Of a stretch of 64,000 nucleotides of DNA, positions 1 to 9,383 are shown in pieces. A program made the translations under genes and the position numbers. The notes beneath the pieces are model-generated. The model worked only from the letters and a program-made list of their open reading frames with translations, made no database searches and was not told where the DNA came from. How positions within the stretch are numbered: the first letter of the stretch is position 1; each line of letters opens with the position of its first letter. The DNA is from Candidatus Latescibacterota bacterium (GTDB taxonomy: Bacteria; Latescibacterota; UBA2968; GCA-2709665): assembly GCA_965208835.1 (NCBI GenBank), contig OZ242358.1, positions 1,216,001 to 1,280,000 on the forward strand, written 5' to 3'.

Positions 1-709
1 AAAAACGTACGCGCGCGTGCTGTCCGGTCCGGATCTGGGCGATATAACCCTCGGGGACCCCTACCTCCATTTCAATATCCTCGCCGGCGCTCAATTCCAC
101 CAGGGGCGCGCCAGCCTGGATTACTTCGTTGACCGCGCTGTGTACCACGGTGACGATGCCGGCGATAGGGGCATATATCTCATTGTATCTTAGCTGGCGC
201 GCCTGCAAATCCAGACTCTTTTGCGCCGATTCGTAACTGGAAGTGGCCGAGGCAAATCCGTTTTTGGCCTGCTCGTACTCGGCGAGGGAAACATTGTCGG
301 CCTGGTAGAGTTGACGCACGCGTATTAGCCTGGATTGAGCATTGGCCTTTTGCACGCTGGCGCTTTCAAGCGCAGCCCTTGCCCGCTGATGCGCGAGAAC
401 CGCATCCCGGTTATCGAGCATGGCAATGCGCTGCCCCGCCTTGACCTGGTCGCCCACCTTAACGCCTAGCGATTCGATGAGACCACCGGTTCTGAAGCTG
501 AGCCTGGCTTCTATGCCGGCTTTGGCTGTGCCGGCAAATCGCTGGCTCTGGACGGCGCTGGCGGGTCGGACTTCGGCGTATTTTACCGGGCGAACGGGTT
601 CGGCAACCTGTGGTTCGTCGCCGCAGCCGGTCCACATGCCCGTCGCTAAGAGAAGGGCCCACGCAGCTCTTCCTATTCCGGGACAGAACACCGGTTTTCG
701 CTTTGACAT
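1..709 (-). CDS. Efflux RND transporter periplasmic adaptor (membrane fusion) lipoprotein, 3'-truncated by window edge
   Basis: Not in the ORF track; manual translation from ATG 709 gives MSKRKPVFCPGIGRAAWALLLATGMWTGC-GDEPQVAEPVRPVK...RFAGTAKAGIEARLSFRTGGLIESLGVKVGDQVKAGQRIAMLD, a lipobox plus the MFP lipoyl-like motif; lies directly downstream of the TolC gene. Confidence 0.9.
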   Translation of the reverse strand, partial: MSKRKPVFCPGIGRAAWALLLATGMWTGCGDEPQVAEPVRPVKYAEVRPASAVQSQRFAGTAKAGIEARLSFRTGGLIESLGVKVGDQVKAGQRIAMLDNRDAVLAHQRARAALESASVQKANAQSRLIRVRQLYQADNVSLAEYEQAKNGFASATSSYESAQKSLDLQARQLRYNEIYAPIAGIVTVVHSAVNEVIQAGAPLVELSAGEDIEMEVGVPEGYIAQIRTGQHARVRF

Positions 710-720
710 GAACCCTCGCT

Positions 721-3093
721 TCATTGTGAACGCTTCCTTACGGAGAAGAAGGTCTCCAGGCGCCCGATAAAGGCTTCCCGCTCCTCTGAAGTCATGAACA
801 TGGTGTAGCCTCCAATGCTGTTTTCCAGCTGCAGATAGCTGACCAGGTATTCGTAAACGGCCGCGGCTTCGGCCTGACGGGCCGAAAGGGCGACGCGCTG
901 GGCATCCACAAGTTGGGCGATCTCCAGTTGCCCATTTTGATAGGCGTTCTGAACCAGGTCATAGTTCTTCCCGGCGCTCTCAGCCGCCACGCCGGCAAAG
1001 TGAATATTCGTGCGCCTGGATACCAGGTTCGTCATCCGCACCCGGACGGCCTGCGAGAGCTGCTGGCGCAAACTTTCCTCCTGAAGGCGGAGTTGCTGCT
1101 GCTGTATCTCGGTCTTGTCGATGTCGATCTTACGCTTATTGCCCTGAAAGAGGGGATAGGTGAAGTTAAGGGCCAGGTTCCAGGTGCCTCTGGCAGGATC
1201 GGCGGAGGCCGTCGGCATTCCCTTGCCGCCCCGCCAGAAAGTGTAGTCGGCCTGTCCGCGCAAGGCCACGGAAGGCAGGTAGTACAGCCGGCGATTCATC
1301 TGCTGCTGGCGTTCGGCAGCTTTCATATTGGCCGCCAGCTGTTTGAGCGAAGGCATGTTCTGCAGAGCCTCTTCGACGAGAAAGTCGGTGAGGATTTCCA
1401 CGTCGCCTGCCCGGTCGATCAGCGGACCGATGCGGGCCGGGTCGAAGCGGTCGAAGAGTGCGTCAGAGAGCCGGGCGTCCTCCACCTCGAACTCCTCGCC
1501 GATATCCGTCCGGTTGAGCAATCGGTTGAGTTGTACTCTGGCCAGATAGACGTTGTTGAACGCCTCAATTGACGCTTGGGTGGCCCTGGCCACTTCACTC
1601 TCCCAACGGTATACATCGGCGACGCCGGCATAGCCGACCGAATTTCTGGTTCGGGCAATCTTAAGATTGCGGCGAGAGACCTCGAGGTTTTCATCCTGGA
1701 TGCGCGCCCCGGTCTTGGCCAGAAGGATATCGAAATAGGATGTGGCAAGATTCAGCACCACGTCGAGCGCGACCAGATCGGCGCGATGTCGGACGGCTTC
1801 GGCCAGGTAACGCTGTATTTCGACGTTGGCGAAGGCCGGTTCCGAAAATATCACCTGCTGTACAGTCCCCGTTCCCGTTATAGTCCGCTCCGGCTGTTGA
1901 CCACGAGCCGCTTCGGCGACGTCGGGATCGATCTGCAAGATCGTGGTCGAGGCGTCTACGGTGGGAAGGAGGGGTGATCTGGCTCGGCGGATGTCCTGAT
2001 CGGCCAAATCAACGCTGCGTTTTTCGAGACGCAGGTCGAGGTTGGTCTTCAAACCCTCCGCGATGACTTCCCTCAGGCTTAAACGTCGATCGGCCGCGGG
2101 TTCGTCGACCTGAAGGAAGCGGGCGGAAAACAGCGTTTCAAAGGGGAGGTCGAGACCGATTCGTCGGACCGTTGCCGCATTCAGTACCCATTGATCGTCG
2201 AGATTGCGCCGTACCGGCATCGCCGCAAGATCCTCTCCCAGCACCACTGCCTCGACAATCAGGGCCAGACTGCGGATGATCAGATCCTGGCCGTTCTCGT
2301 TGCCGATGCACGCCATCATCCCCGCATCCACAAAAGACCGGCTCAGGGCAAAGGATGGCAGTTTGCGATCGACAAGGAATGCCGCCAACCGGGAGACTTC
2401 ATCGGGCGTCCTGTCCAGGACCATCGCCAGGTAGACGGAGTCGACTGCGTCGCTCAGCGTCGGCAGGCCCTCTTCTGAACTCCAGAAAACCAATTCCAAC
2501 TCAGCCCCGTAGGCGGTTACCAGATGTCCTAAAAAACTCTCCAGTCCCGGCCTGTCTCTCAGGGATCCGCTGGCGATGACGGCCAGATGTCGAAACGGAT
2601 GGATGCGTCTGAACGCCTCCAGATCTTTTCGGAGCGGATGTGTGCTGAGGACATAGGTGAAATTGCCTATGCCGGAGATGCCGGGCTCCACGAGAGGAAT
2701 CTGTTGCATTTCGGCGTCCAGTATCCCAACGGCAATCGTTGGCTTCTGAAAGTCTCCGTGGGCGGTCAGAATCCCTGCGCTTGCGGGCCCGACCGCGATA
2801 ATCATATCGACCGCCGTGTCATTGACCAACGAAAGATAGTCTGCGAGCTCAGCCGAAAAGTGGATGTGCTCGGAGAGAAAGTAGACTGACTTTTCGGTCC
2901 CCAGTACTTTATGTATTTCCTCCTTCAAGTAAACGAGCTTGTTCCCGGTGCCGATGGCGGGCGCCGAAAAATCAAGTAGCAAGCCTATATGGAGGTCGCG
3001 TTTGTCGATCTGAGCCTGGGCCGGACATGACGGCCACATCAGCACAAGAATGACAATGACCGCTATAGCAATTCGTAGCATCGGGAGACTCAC
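721..3093 (-). CDS. TolC-family outer membrane efflux protein with ~330-aa N-terminal periplasmic-binding-protein-like domain
   Basis: Signal peptide; C-terminal ~450 aa has OEP repeats (LSLREVIAEGLKTNLDL, YYLPSVAL, AYQNGQLEIAQLVDAQ); N-terminal region resembles ABC substrate-binding fold; start may be ATG 3081. Confidence 0.85.
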   Translation of the reverse strand: MSLPMLRIAIAVIVILVLMWPSCPAQAQIDKRDLHIGLLLDFSAPAIGTGNKLVYLKEEIHKVLGTEKSVYFLSEHIHFSAELADYLSLVNDTAVDMIIAVGPASAGILTAHGDFQKPTIAVGILDAEMQQIPLVEPGISGIGNFTYVLSTHPLRKDLEAFRRIHPFRHLAVIASGSLRDRPGLESFLGHLVTAYGAELELVFWSSEEGLPTLSDAVDSVYLAMVLDRTPDEVSRLAAFLVDRKLPSFALSRSFVDAGMMACIGNENGQDLIIRSLALIVEAVVLGEDLAAMPVRRNLDDQWVLNAATVRRIGLDLPFETLFSARFLQVDEPAADRRLSLREVIAEGLKTNLDLRLEKRSVDLADQDIRRARSPLLPTVDASTTILQIDPDVAEAARGQQPERTITGTGTVQQVIFSEPAFANVEIQRYLAEAVRHRADLVALDVVLNLATSYFDILLAKTGARIQDENLEVSRRNLKIARTRNSVGYAGVADVYRWESEVARATQASIEAFNNVYLARVQLNRLLNRTDIGEEFEVEDARLSDALFDRFDPARIGPLIDRAGDVEILTDFLVEEALQNMPSLKQLAANMKAAERQQQMNRRLYYLPSVALRGQADYTFWRGGKGMPTASADPARGTWNLALNFTYPLFQGNKRKIDIDKTEIQQQQLRLQEESLRQQLSQAVRVRMTNLVSRRTNIHFAGVAAESAGKNYDLVQNAYQNGQLEIAQLVDAQRVALSARQAEAAAVYEYLVSYLQLENSIGGYTMFMTSEEREAFIGRLETFFSVRKRSQ

Positions 3094-3571
3094 TCAAACC
3101 GCTGGAAAGAGACAGAATAAACCGCAAATAACCGGTGTTCGGTCGCCGGGTAACGCTTGTGGGCTGCTCAAGATCGCTGCCGGCTACAGGAACGGAAGTT
3201 TTCCGGACGCAGACGGGCGGGGCAATCGCAGAGTCATCGCCCGCCTACTCGACGATATTCATCCAGGTTCGGGCGTCGAAGCCTTAACCGTCAGATCCGC
3301 TGGCGCGACTGTGCATGCTTAGTCTTGGGGGAGCACGATGGGTATACGACGGAGTTTTCGACATGAAACTAAAGATAGCCGGTTCTGTCAATCGAATTTC
3401 CTTTCTTGAAATGCATTTTACCTGCGAGGTGCCCCAGGATGCGCAGCAGATGAAGTTCCGAGGTCCCCGACGGGGGACGTTTCTGTTTGCCGTTAGGACC
3501 GTTAAGGGTTATTTTTATAATGACTTATTCAACGCAACGTCGTTCATTAACGCGATGGGAGAGCGTCTGGG

Positions 3572-4357
3572 GTGACGTTCCACGAAGCGTTACTTCTGGG
3601 AATTGTGCAGGGACTGTCCGAATTCCTGCCGGTGAGCAGTTCCGGGCATCTCGTGCTGGGGCAGGCGCTGCTGGGAATGCAGTCCGGAGACCTGGTTTTC
3701 GAGGTGATTGTCCACTTCGGCACATTGCTCGCAGTGCTCACGGTACTTGGGGACCGGATAAGAGCACTGGCAGCCGGCTGCGTCCGGCGGGACCCCGCGT
3801 CCTGGCGCTTGGTGCTGCTGTTGTCTGTCGGCACCATACCGGCCGGCGCCGTCGGGTTTTTTTTCGAGGACTACCTCGCGCTGGCGTTTCAAAGCCCCGC
3901 CGCGGCGGCCGGTTGCCTCGGGGCAACGGGCGCGGTCCTCTGGAGTACACGTTACGTTACGCGCAGCCGCGAAGAAATCGGGGTCGGCGATGCATTGATC
4001 ATCGGGTTCGCGCAGGCGTTTGCGATACTGCCCGGGATTTCGCGCTCGGGCCTTACCATCTGTGCCGGGCTATGGAGAGGCATCGACGGCCGGGAAGCGG
4101 CGTCTTTTTCCTTCCTGCTTTCGATCCCCGTGATCCTCGGCGCGACCGTGTTGAAGGCGGACGGCCTCATCGCCGATCCGCCCGAATGGAACGTCGCCGG
4201 TCCACTGCTCATCGGTCTGATTGCCGCATTCATTTCGGGCGTGATTGCAATCCGGTGGCTGTTCGCCCTGTTGCAGGGCGGCCGGTTGGACCGGTTTTCG
4301 TACTATTGCTGGGCGATTGGTTTTACGGCGTTGACGGTATTTTGCCTGGGTAACTGA
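3572..4357 (+). CDS. uppP: Undecaprenyl-diphosphate phosphatase
   Basis: GIVQGLSEFLPVSSSGHL and PGISRSG BacA motifs; multi-pass membrane protein. Confidence 0.95.
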   Translation: MTFHEALLLGIVQGLSEFLPVSSSGHLVLGQALLGMQSGDLVFEVIVHFGTLLAVLTVLGDRIRALAAGCVRRDPASWRLVLLLSVGTIPAGAVGFFFEDYLALAFQSPAAAAGCLGATGAVLWSTRYVTRSREEIGVGDALIIGFAQAFAILPGISRSGLTICAGLWRGIDGREAASFSFLLSIPVILGATVLKADGLIADPPEWNVAGPLLIGLIAAFISGVIAIRWLFALLQGGRLDRFSYYCWAIGFTALTVFCLGN

Positions 4358-4368
4358 AGGGACTCTCT

Positions 4369-4764
4369 ATGCGAATGGCGATAGGTCTTGTTGTCCTGAT
4401 CGTATTGGCCGGGTGCGGGAGAAATCCGAAAGGATTGCAGGCCGAAGAACTGTCGAACATGCTGTCGATAACGAACCTGTCCGCGCAACCGGTGTACAAT
4501 CAGGCTGCGCCGCCGCTGATTGTCGCGGTGCGGATCGACGCGGACGTGGTGCACGTTGGGGACGTGCCGATCGAAGAGCCGTTTGTGCTGACGTGGCGGC
4601 TGGTGGACGATCAGAACGATACCGTGGGGCAGACGTCGAGACGACTCGAGGGAAATATGGAGCCGGGCGACGTCAGGCGCGTGGCGTTGACCGTGGAGTT
4701 CGAGGCCCGGGAAAGTGTCGCAGGACTCAGGAACGTGGCGACGTTTGATCCCGTATCCGGTTAG
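4369..4764 (+). CDS. Hypothetical lipoprotein
   Basis: Lipobox LAGC after hydrophobic stretch; RBS GAAGGG; 11 bp after uppP. Confidence 0.75.
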   Translation: MRMAIGLVVLIVLAGCGRNPKGLQAEELSNMLSITNLSAQPVYNQAAPPLIVAVRIDADVVHVGDVPIEEPFVLTWRLVDDQNDTVGQTSRRLEGNMEPGDVRRVALTVEFEARESVAGLRNVATFDPVSG

Positions 4765-5088
4765 CAGTCCGTTGAGAAAGTCGCTCTGCAGGCGAGGCAT
4801 GGTGTCCCGTCCCGGAAAAATGTCACCATTCATCCGCCGATTCATCCCGTCTGGCGGCGTTGCCTTCGCTCGGCGACCACGGACAGGTCTCCTTGCTCAG
4901 GCGCCTTGCCAGCCGGCCGACTCGGCGGTCGAATTTCGGCAATCTATTTCCGGGACAGAACACTTGCCATTGTGGTTGAAGACAAGGCGCGTGAACGAGT
5001 CCCATCCGTCGATTCGGCGAGGGAGCGCAACGCAGTATTTCGTCCGCCAGGGCCGGCCGCAGCCCGGATGGACTTTTTCAACGGGCTG
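4765..5088. mobile_element. MITE family A copy 1 (IS5/IS1182-like ends) carrying nested MITE B
   Basis: TIRs CAGTCCGTTGAGAAAGTC / GACTTTTTCAACGGGCTG flanked by TTAG direct repeats (4761-4764, 5089-5092); homologous to 15461-15620. Confidence 0.85.
4801..4964. mobile_element. MITE family B copy 1 (IS630-like ends), nested in A1
   Basis: TIRs GTGTCCCGTCCCGGAAA / TTTCCGGGACAGAACAC; reverse-complement homolog of 13666-13831; absent from A copy 2. Confidence 0.85.
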
Positions 5089-5104
5089 TTAGGCCAGAAT
5101 TGCC

Positions 5105-5133
5105 TTGATTGCGGGTTCCGGATGTGGTATTTT
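5105..5133 (+). promoter_or_regulatory. Putative sigma70 promoter
   Basis: TTGATT-17 bp-TATTTT upstream of the phosphatase gene. Confidence 0.35.
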
Positions 5134-5206
5134 CCGATCCGTCCTTACACACAATGATTCCGACTCCGGCGACGTTGCCGGGTTTTTTTCGCCTGGAACT
5201 GAACGA

Positions 5207-5923
5207 ATGGAACTCTACATCATCCGGCACGGGCAGTCTGCGAATAATGCGACGGCGGACGTCGGTCAGCGTGTCTGCGACCCGCCGCTCACGGAAATCG
5301 GCGAAGCGCAGGCCGAACGGCTGGCCCGCTACCTGGCCTCGGCCGGAGAAGGGGTTGAGGAAATCCACGTCGCCGGGATGCAGCAGAATTGCGGCGGTTT
5401 TGTCTTCGACCGGATATTTTCGAGCCCGATGCTGCGGGCGATACAGACATCGGCGCCGGTAGGAAAGGCGCTGGGGGTCCGCCCCGAAATCTGGATCGAT
5501 ATTCACGAAGAGGGCGGCATCTGGCTGGATGAGGGGGACGGCAGGGGAGAGGTGGGATATCCCGGTCTCACGGCGAGTGAAATCAACTCGCGGTTCCCGG
5601 AGTTCGATGTACCCGAAGCGGTCACGGACCAGGGCTGGTGGAACCGGCCGCCGGAGATAAAGGAGGAGTGGCAGGCGCGGGCGAGGACGGTGGCATCCGT
5701 AATCCACGATCAATTTGCCGGTACCGAGGAACGGATAGCGCTGGTTTGCCACGGCGGATTCGCCAACGACCTGCTCCACGCCGTTTTTGCGGGTATGCCG
5801 GACGCCGTTTATTTCCAAAGCCCCAACACGGCCATCAGCCGCCTGGATTTCGATGGCGAGGGCCGGGTGCAGATGCGGTATCTGGCTCGCGTGGCTCATC
5901 TTACGCCGGAACTAACTACGTGA
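5207..5923 (+). CDS. Histidine phosphatase (phosphoglycerate mutase) family protein
   Basis: LYIIRHGQS, SSPMLRAIQT and LVCHGG motifs; ATG 5207. Confidence 0.9.
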   Translation: MELYIIRHGQSANNATADVGQRVCDPPLTEIGEAQAERLARYLASAGEGVEEIHVAGMQQNCGGFVFDRIFSSPMLRAIQTSAPVGKALGVRPEIWIDIHEEGGIWLDEGDGRGEVGYPGLTASEINSRFPEFDVPEAVTDQGWWNRPPEIKEEWQARARTVASVIHDQFAGTEERIALVCHGGFANDLLHAVFAGMPDAVYFQSPNTAISRLDFDGEGRVQMRYLARVAHLTPELTT

Positions 5924-5988
5924 GAGATCGGGCCACGAAACGCAGAACGTAAATCATCCACTATTCATTAACGTCGAGGTGTCTGAAT

Positions 5989-6996
5989 ATGGCAACATCC
6001 GAAGTGATTCTTTCCGGATTTGCGGATGAGGGTCCGGTGAGCAAACGGGCCGAAGAGCAACTGACAATGATGTCCGCGCTCGGCCTATCCTATTACACGA
6101 TCCGGTTCATCGATCTCGGCAACGGCGTGAAGAACGTCATGGAGCTTTCAGACGAAGAAGTACAACGGCTTCAGGACCTGCACGGCGCGTTTCAGGTCGG
6201 CGTGTCGAGCGTGGGATCTCCCCTCGGTAAGGTCAAGCTCGTCGACGAGGACGACGGCACACAGAACCGGTACGTCCCGTTTGAATCCTATCTGAAAAAC
6301 GATGTTCAGCGGGCTATCGACCTGGCTCACGCCTTCGATACCAAACTGCTGCGGGGGTTCAGCTATTACCATCCACACGGGCAGGATCCATGGCCGTACC
6401 TGGACCAGGCCGCGGATCAACTCGGACAGATTGTCGAGAAATGCGCTTCTGCAGGCGTGGTTTACGGTATGGAGGTGGAGGCCGACCTGGTTGGCGGGGA
6501 CGGGGACACGTTGATCGCATTGTATGAAAAAGTCAACAGTCCCAATGTCTGCATCATTCCGGACGTGGGAAACATGGAATCCAGCGGTCACAGTCCGGAC
6601 AGCGCATACGAGCACTACGTCAAGATGAAGCCCGGCGTGGGGTGGATACACATCAAGGGTTTCAACAATCCGTCGAACCAGGGTATGCTGGATGCGGCCG
6701 GGGAGCGGGGATTGACCCGGTTCATCCCGGTGGACCGGGGCGATTCGGGCCACGAGCAGGTGCTGCGGGATTTCCGGACGCTGGTGCCTGAGATTCACGA
6801 GCGCCTGTCTCCGCTGGGTGTGCCGGGCGTATTCGTGGACCTGGAGCCGCACGTGAAGGGCGGCGGCCAGTTCGGCGGCGTCAGCGGCGTGGACGGGTTC
6901 GGCGTGGCATTTCGAAGTCTCTGCCGCCTTCTGGATTACCTGGAATTCGACTATCGTCTGACGGGCTACGAAGATATCTCAAATCCCGCGTCGTAA
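5989..6996 (+). CDS. Sugar phosphate isomerase/epimerase (AP-endonuclease-2 TIM barrel)
   Basis: SGFADE, VGSPLGKV, D-x-G-N, HIK and LEPH metal-binding motifs; RBS GAGG. Confidence 0.8.
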   Translation: MATSEVILSGFADEGPVSKRAEEQLTMMSALGLSYYTIRFIDLGNGVKNVMELSDEEVQRLQDLHGAFQVGVSSVGSPLGKVKLVDEDDGTQNRYVPFESYLKNDVQRAIDLAHAFDTKLLRGFSYYHPHGQDPWPYLDQAADQLGQIVEKCASAGVVYGMEVEADLVGGDGDTLIALYEKVNSPNVCIIPDVGNMESSGHSPDSAYEHYVKMKPGVGWIHIKGFNNPSNQGMLDAAGERGLTRFIPVDRGDSGHEQVLRDFRTLVPEIHERLSPLGVPGVFVDLEPHVKGGGQFGGVSGVDGFGVAFRSLCRLLDYLEFDYRLTGYEDISNPAS

Positions 6997-7071
6997 GTCG
7001 TCGCGGGCCGACAACGCCAGGGGTGCGTGTCTCGCGTCCCTGGCCTTTTTGCTTTTCAGACCGAGGTCTCA

Positions 7072-9357
7072 GTGGCAGCATCCTCCCTTCCGCCGGAATC
7101 CAACAGGGTCACCTTTGCCAGGAGTCTGGGTTGCTTCGACGCATCGATGATCGGCATCGGCGCGATGATCGGCGCGGGGATCTTCGTTCTGACCGGGATT
7201 GCCGCCGGCGAGGCGGGGCCGGCTTCAATTCTGGCATTTGCGCTGAACGGCCTCGTGACGCTGATGACGGCGTTCTGCTACGCCGAGCTCGCCTCTGCGA
7301 TTCCCGAGGCCGGCGGCGGATATTCGTTCGTCAAGAAGGCGTTTCCCGGTCCGGTGGGGTTTCTGTCCGGATGGATGCTCTGGTTCGCCTACACGGTGGC
7401 GTGCAGCCTCTATGCGCTGGGCTTTGCAGGCTACTTCTGGGAGTTTTTCCACAAGTACCTGCCGGACGTCAGCTATACGATCCAGGCGACGACGGGGGTT
7501 CAGCCGTCTGTTGCGCTCGTAACGGTGATCGTAAGCTGCGTCTTTGTCTGGCTGAACGTGCGCGGCACGGAGGTCACGGGCAAGGCGGAGAACGTGATCA
7601 CCATGTCCAAGATTCTCGTGCTTCTGGTTTTCGTCTGGTTCGGACTGGCACATATCTTCGCGACGCCCGAACAGGCGGCGAAGAGCTTCTCCCCGTTCTT
7701 CCCAAAAGGACTGGGGGGCGTGCTGGTGGCCATGGGACTGACGTTTATCGCTTTTGAAGGGTACGATCTCATCGCGACGGTCGCAGAAGAAATCAAGCAG
7801 CCCGAGATCAATATTCCCAAGGCCACGTTCATTTCTCTTGGCGTGACCGTGGTCGTCTATCTGCTGATCGTCTTTGTGTCGTTGGCCGCGGTCCAACCGG
7901 AAGGCAGCACGTCGTGGGAATTTCTGGGCCGGTACCAGGAAACGGCGATTGTGAAGGCGGCAGACAGCTTCATGCCGGCGTTCGGCGTGGCAACCATCGT
8001 TTTCGGCGGGTTGCTCTCCACCATGTCCGCGCTGAACGCGACCGTGCTGGCCTCCAGCCGCGTGGCCTTTTCCATGGGCAGGGACCGGTGGCTGCCGGTG
8101 GGCATGGCCGCGATTCATTCCGACAGGCGGACCCCGCACATCGCTATTCTGGTCACCGGCGCGATTCTGACGGGCATCGCGCTGCTCTTGCCCATCCACG
8201 TGGTCGGGTCGGCGGCGAGCCTGATGTTCCTGCTCACGTTTACCCTGGTAAATCTGTCGCTGCTCGTCCTGCGGCGCCGGATGCCGGAAATCGAGCGCAG
8301 GTACAAAGTGCCACTCTTCCCGTGGCTGCCGCTGATTGGCGCGGCTTCGAATATGCTATTGGCGGTTTACCAGTTTCGTTTCGATCCAATGGCCTGGTAC
8401 GTCGCGCTGGGATGGATTGCGGTGGGATTCTTCGCGTATACCATCCATTTCCGGAAGGAATCGGGCGAGGCCGAGCCCCACGTGCTGGACGCGCTGCCCC
8501 TCGAGACCGCCCGCGCACCCTACAGGGTCCTGGTACCCGTGGCCAATCCCGGTACGATCGAATCGCTGCTGGATATCTCCATACCCATCGCAAAAGCGAG
8601 GAGCGGCGACCTGATCGTCAATACCACCGTGGAGGTGCCAATCCAGCTACCCATCCAGGAAGGGATGAAGTACATCAACCACCGGATGCCGCTGCTGCGA
8701 ACCGCGCAGGCCTATGCGCAGAAGCAGAATTTCCGCATGGTTTCGGACATCCGCGTGGCGCACCGCGTGGACGAAGGCATTCTGTCGGCGGTATCCGACG
8801 AACACGCGGACCTGCTGGTGATCGGATGGAAGGGATTTACGACCACGCGAGAGCGGATTTTTGGCGAAGTACTCGACAGGGTGGTGAACCGGGCAACCGC
8901 GGACGTGGCGGTTGTCAAGTTGCAGGACCAGGCCCGGTTCAATCGCATTCTGCTGCCAACGGCCGGCGGACCCCATACGCGGTTCGCCGTTGAGCTGCTG
9001 GAGCCGATCGTCGCGGCCTACGGCTCGCGCGTAACAGCCTGCTCCGTGATACCCGAAGATGCGGACGCGGAGCGGGAGAGCGAGGCCATGGGATGGATCG
9101 ACCAGACGCTGAAAAACGCAAACCTGGGCGACGTGGAATGCCGCGCGATCCGATCTCGGTCCGTACCCGCGGGAATCGTCAGGGCGGGAGCGGAATTCGA
9201 TCTGATCGTGATGGGCTCGGCCGATACAGGCCTCTTCCAGCAACTCCTGTTCGGTGAGGTGCCCGACCGGGTTGGGCGATTCGCCAAAACTTCAGTGATG
9301 CTGGTCAAACAGCGCGAGGGCCGTGGCAAGGCGTGGCTGCGGCGATTGATGAGTTGA
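7072..9357 (+). CDS. APC-family amino acid permease with two C-terminal universal stress protein domains
   Basis: GAMIGAGIFVLTG, YAELASAIPEAGGGY, ~12 TM segments; C-terminal RVLVPVANP and RILLPTAGGPH...LFGEVPDRV USP motifs; GTG 7072 after GAGGT (track start 7027). Confidence 0.9.
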   Translation: MAASSLPPESNRVTFARSLGCFDASMIGIGAMIGAGIFVLTGIAAGEAGPASILAFALNGLVTLMTAFCYAELASAIPEAGGGYSFVKKAFPGPVGFLSGWMLWFAYTVACSLYALGFAGYFWEFFHKYLPDVSYTIQATTGVQPSVALVTVIVSCVFVWLNVRGTEVTGKAENVITMSKILVLLVFVWFGLAHIFATPEQAAKSFSPFFPKGLGGVLVAMGLTFIAFEGYDLIATVAEEIKQPEINIPKATFISLGVTVVVYLLIVFVSLAAVQPEGSTSWEFLGRYQETAIVKAADSFMPAFGVATIVFGGLLSTMSALNATVLASSRVAFSMGRDRWLPVGMAAIHSDRRTPHIAILVTGAILTGIALLLPIHVVGSAASLMFLLTFTLVNLSLLVLRRRMPEIERRYKVPLFPWLPLIGAASNMLLAVYQFRFDPMAWYVALGWIAVGFFAYTIHFRKESGEAEPHVLDALPLETARAPYRVLVPVANPGTIESLLDISIPIAKARSGDLIVNTTVEVPIQLPIQEGMKYINHRMPLLRTAQAYAQKQNFRMVSDIRVAHRVDEGILSAVSDEHADLLVIGWKGFTTTRERIFGEVLDRVVNRATADVAVVKLQDQARFNRILLPTAGGPHTRFAVELLEPIVAAYGSRVTACSVIPEDADAERESEAMGWIDQTLKNANLGDVECRAIRSRSVPAGIVRAGAEFDLIVMGSADTGLFQQLLFGEVPDRVGRFAKTSVMLVKQREGRGKAWLRRLMS

Positions 9358-9383
9358 AACCGGTTCGATCACGAGGAGGCATT

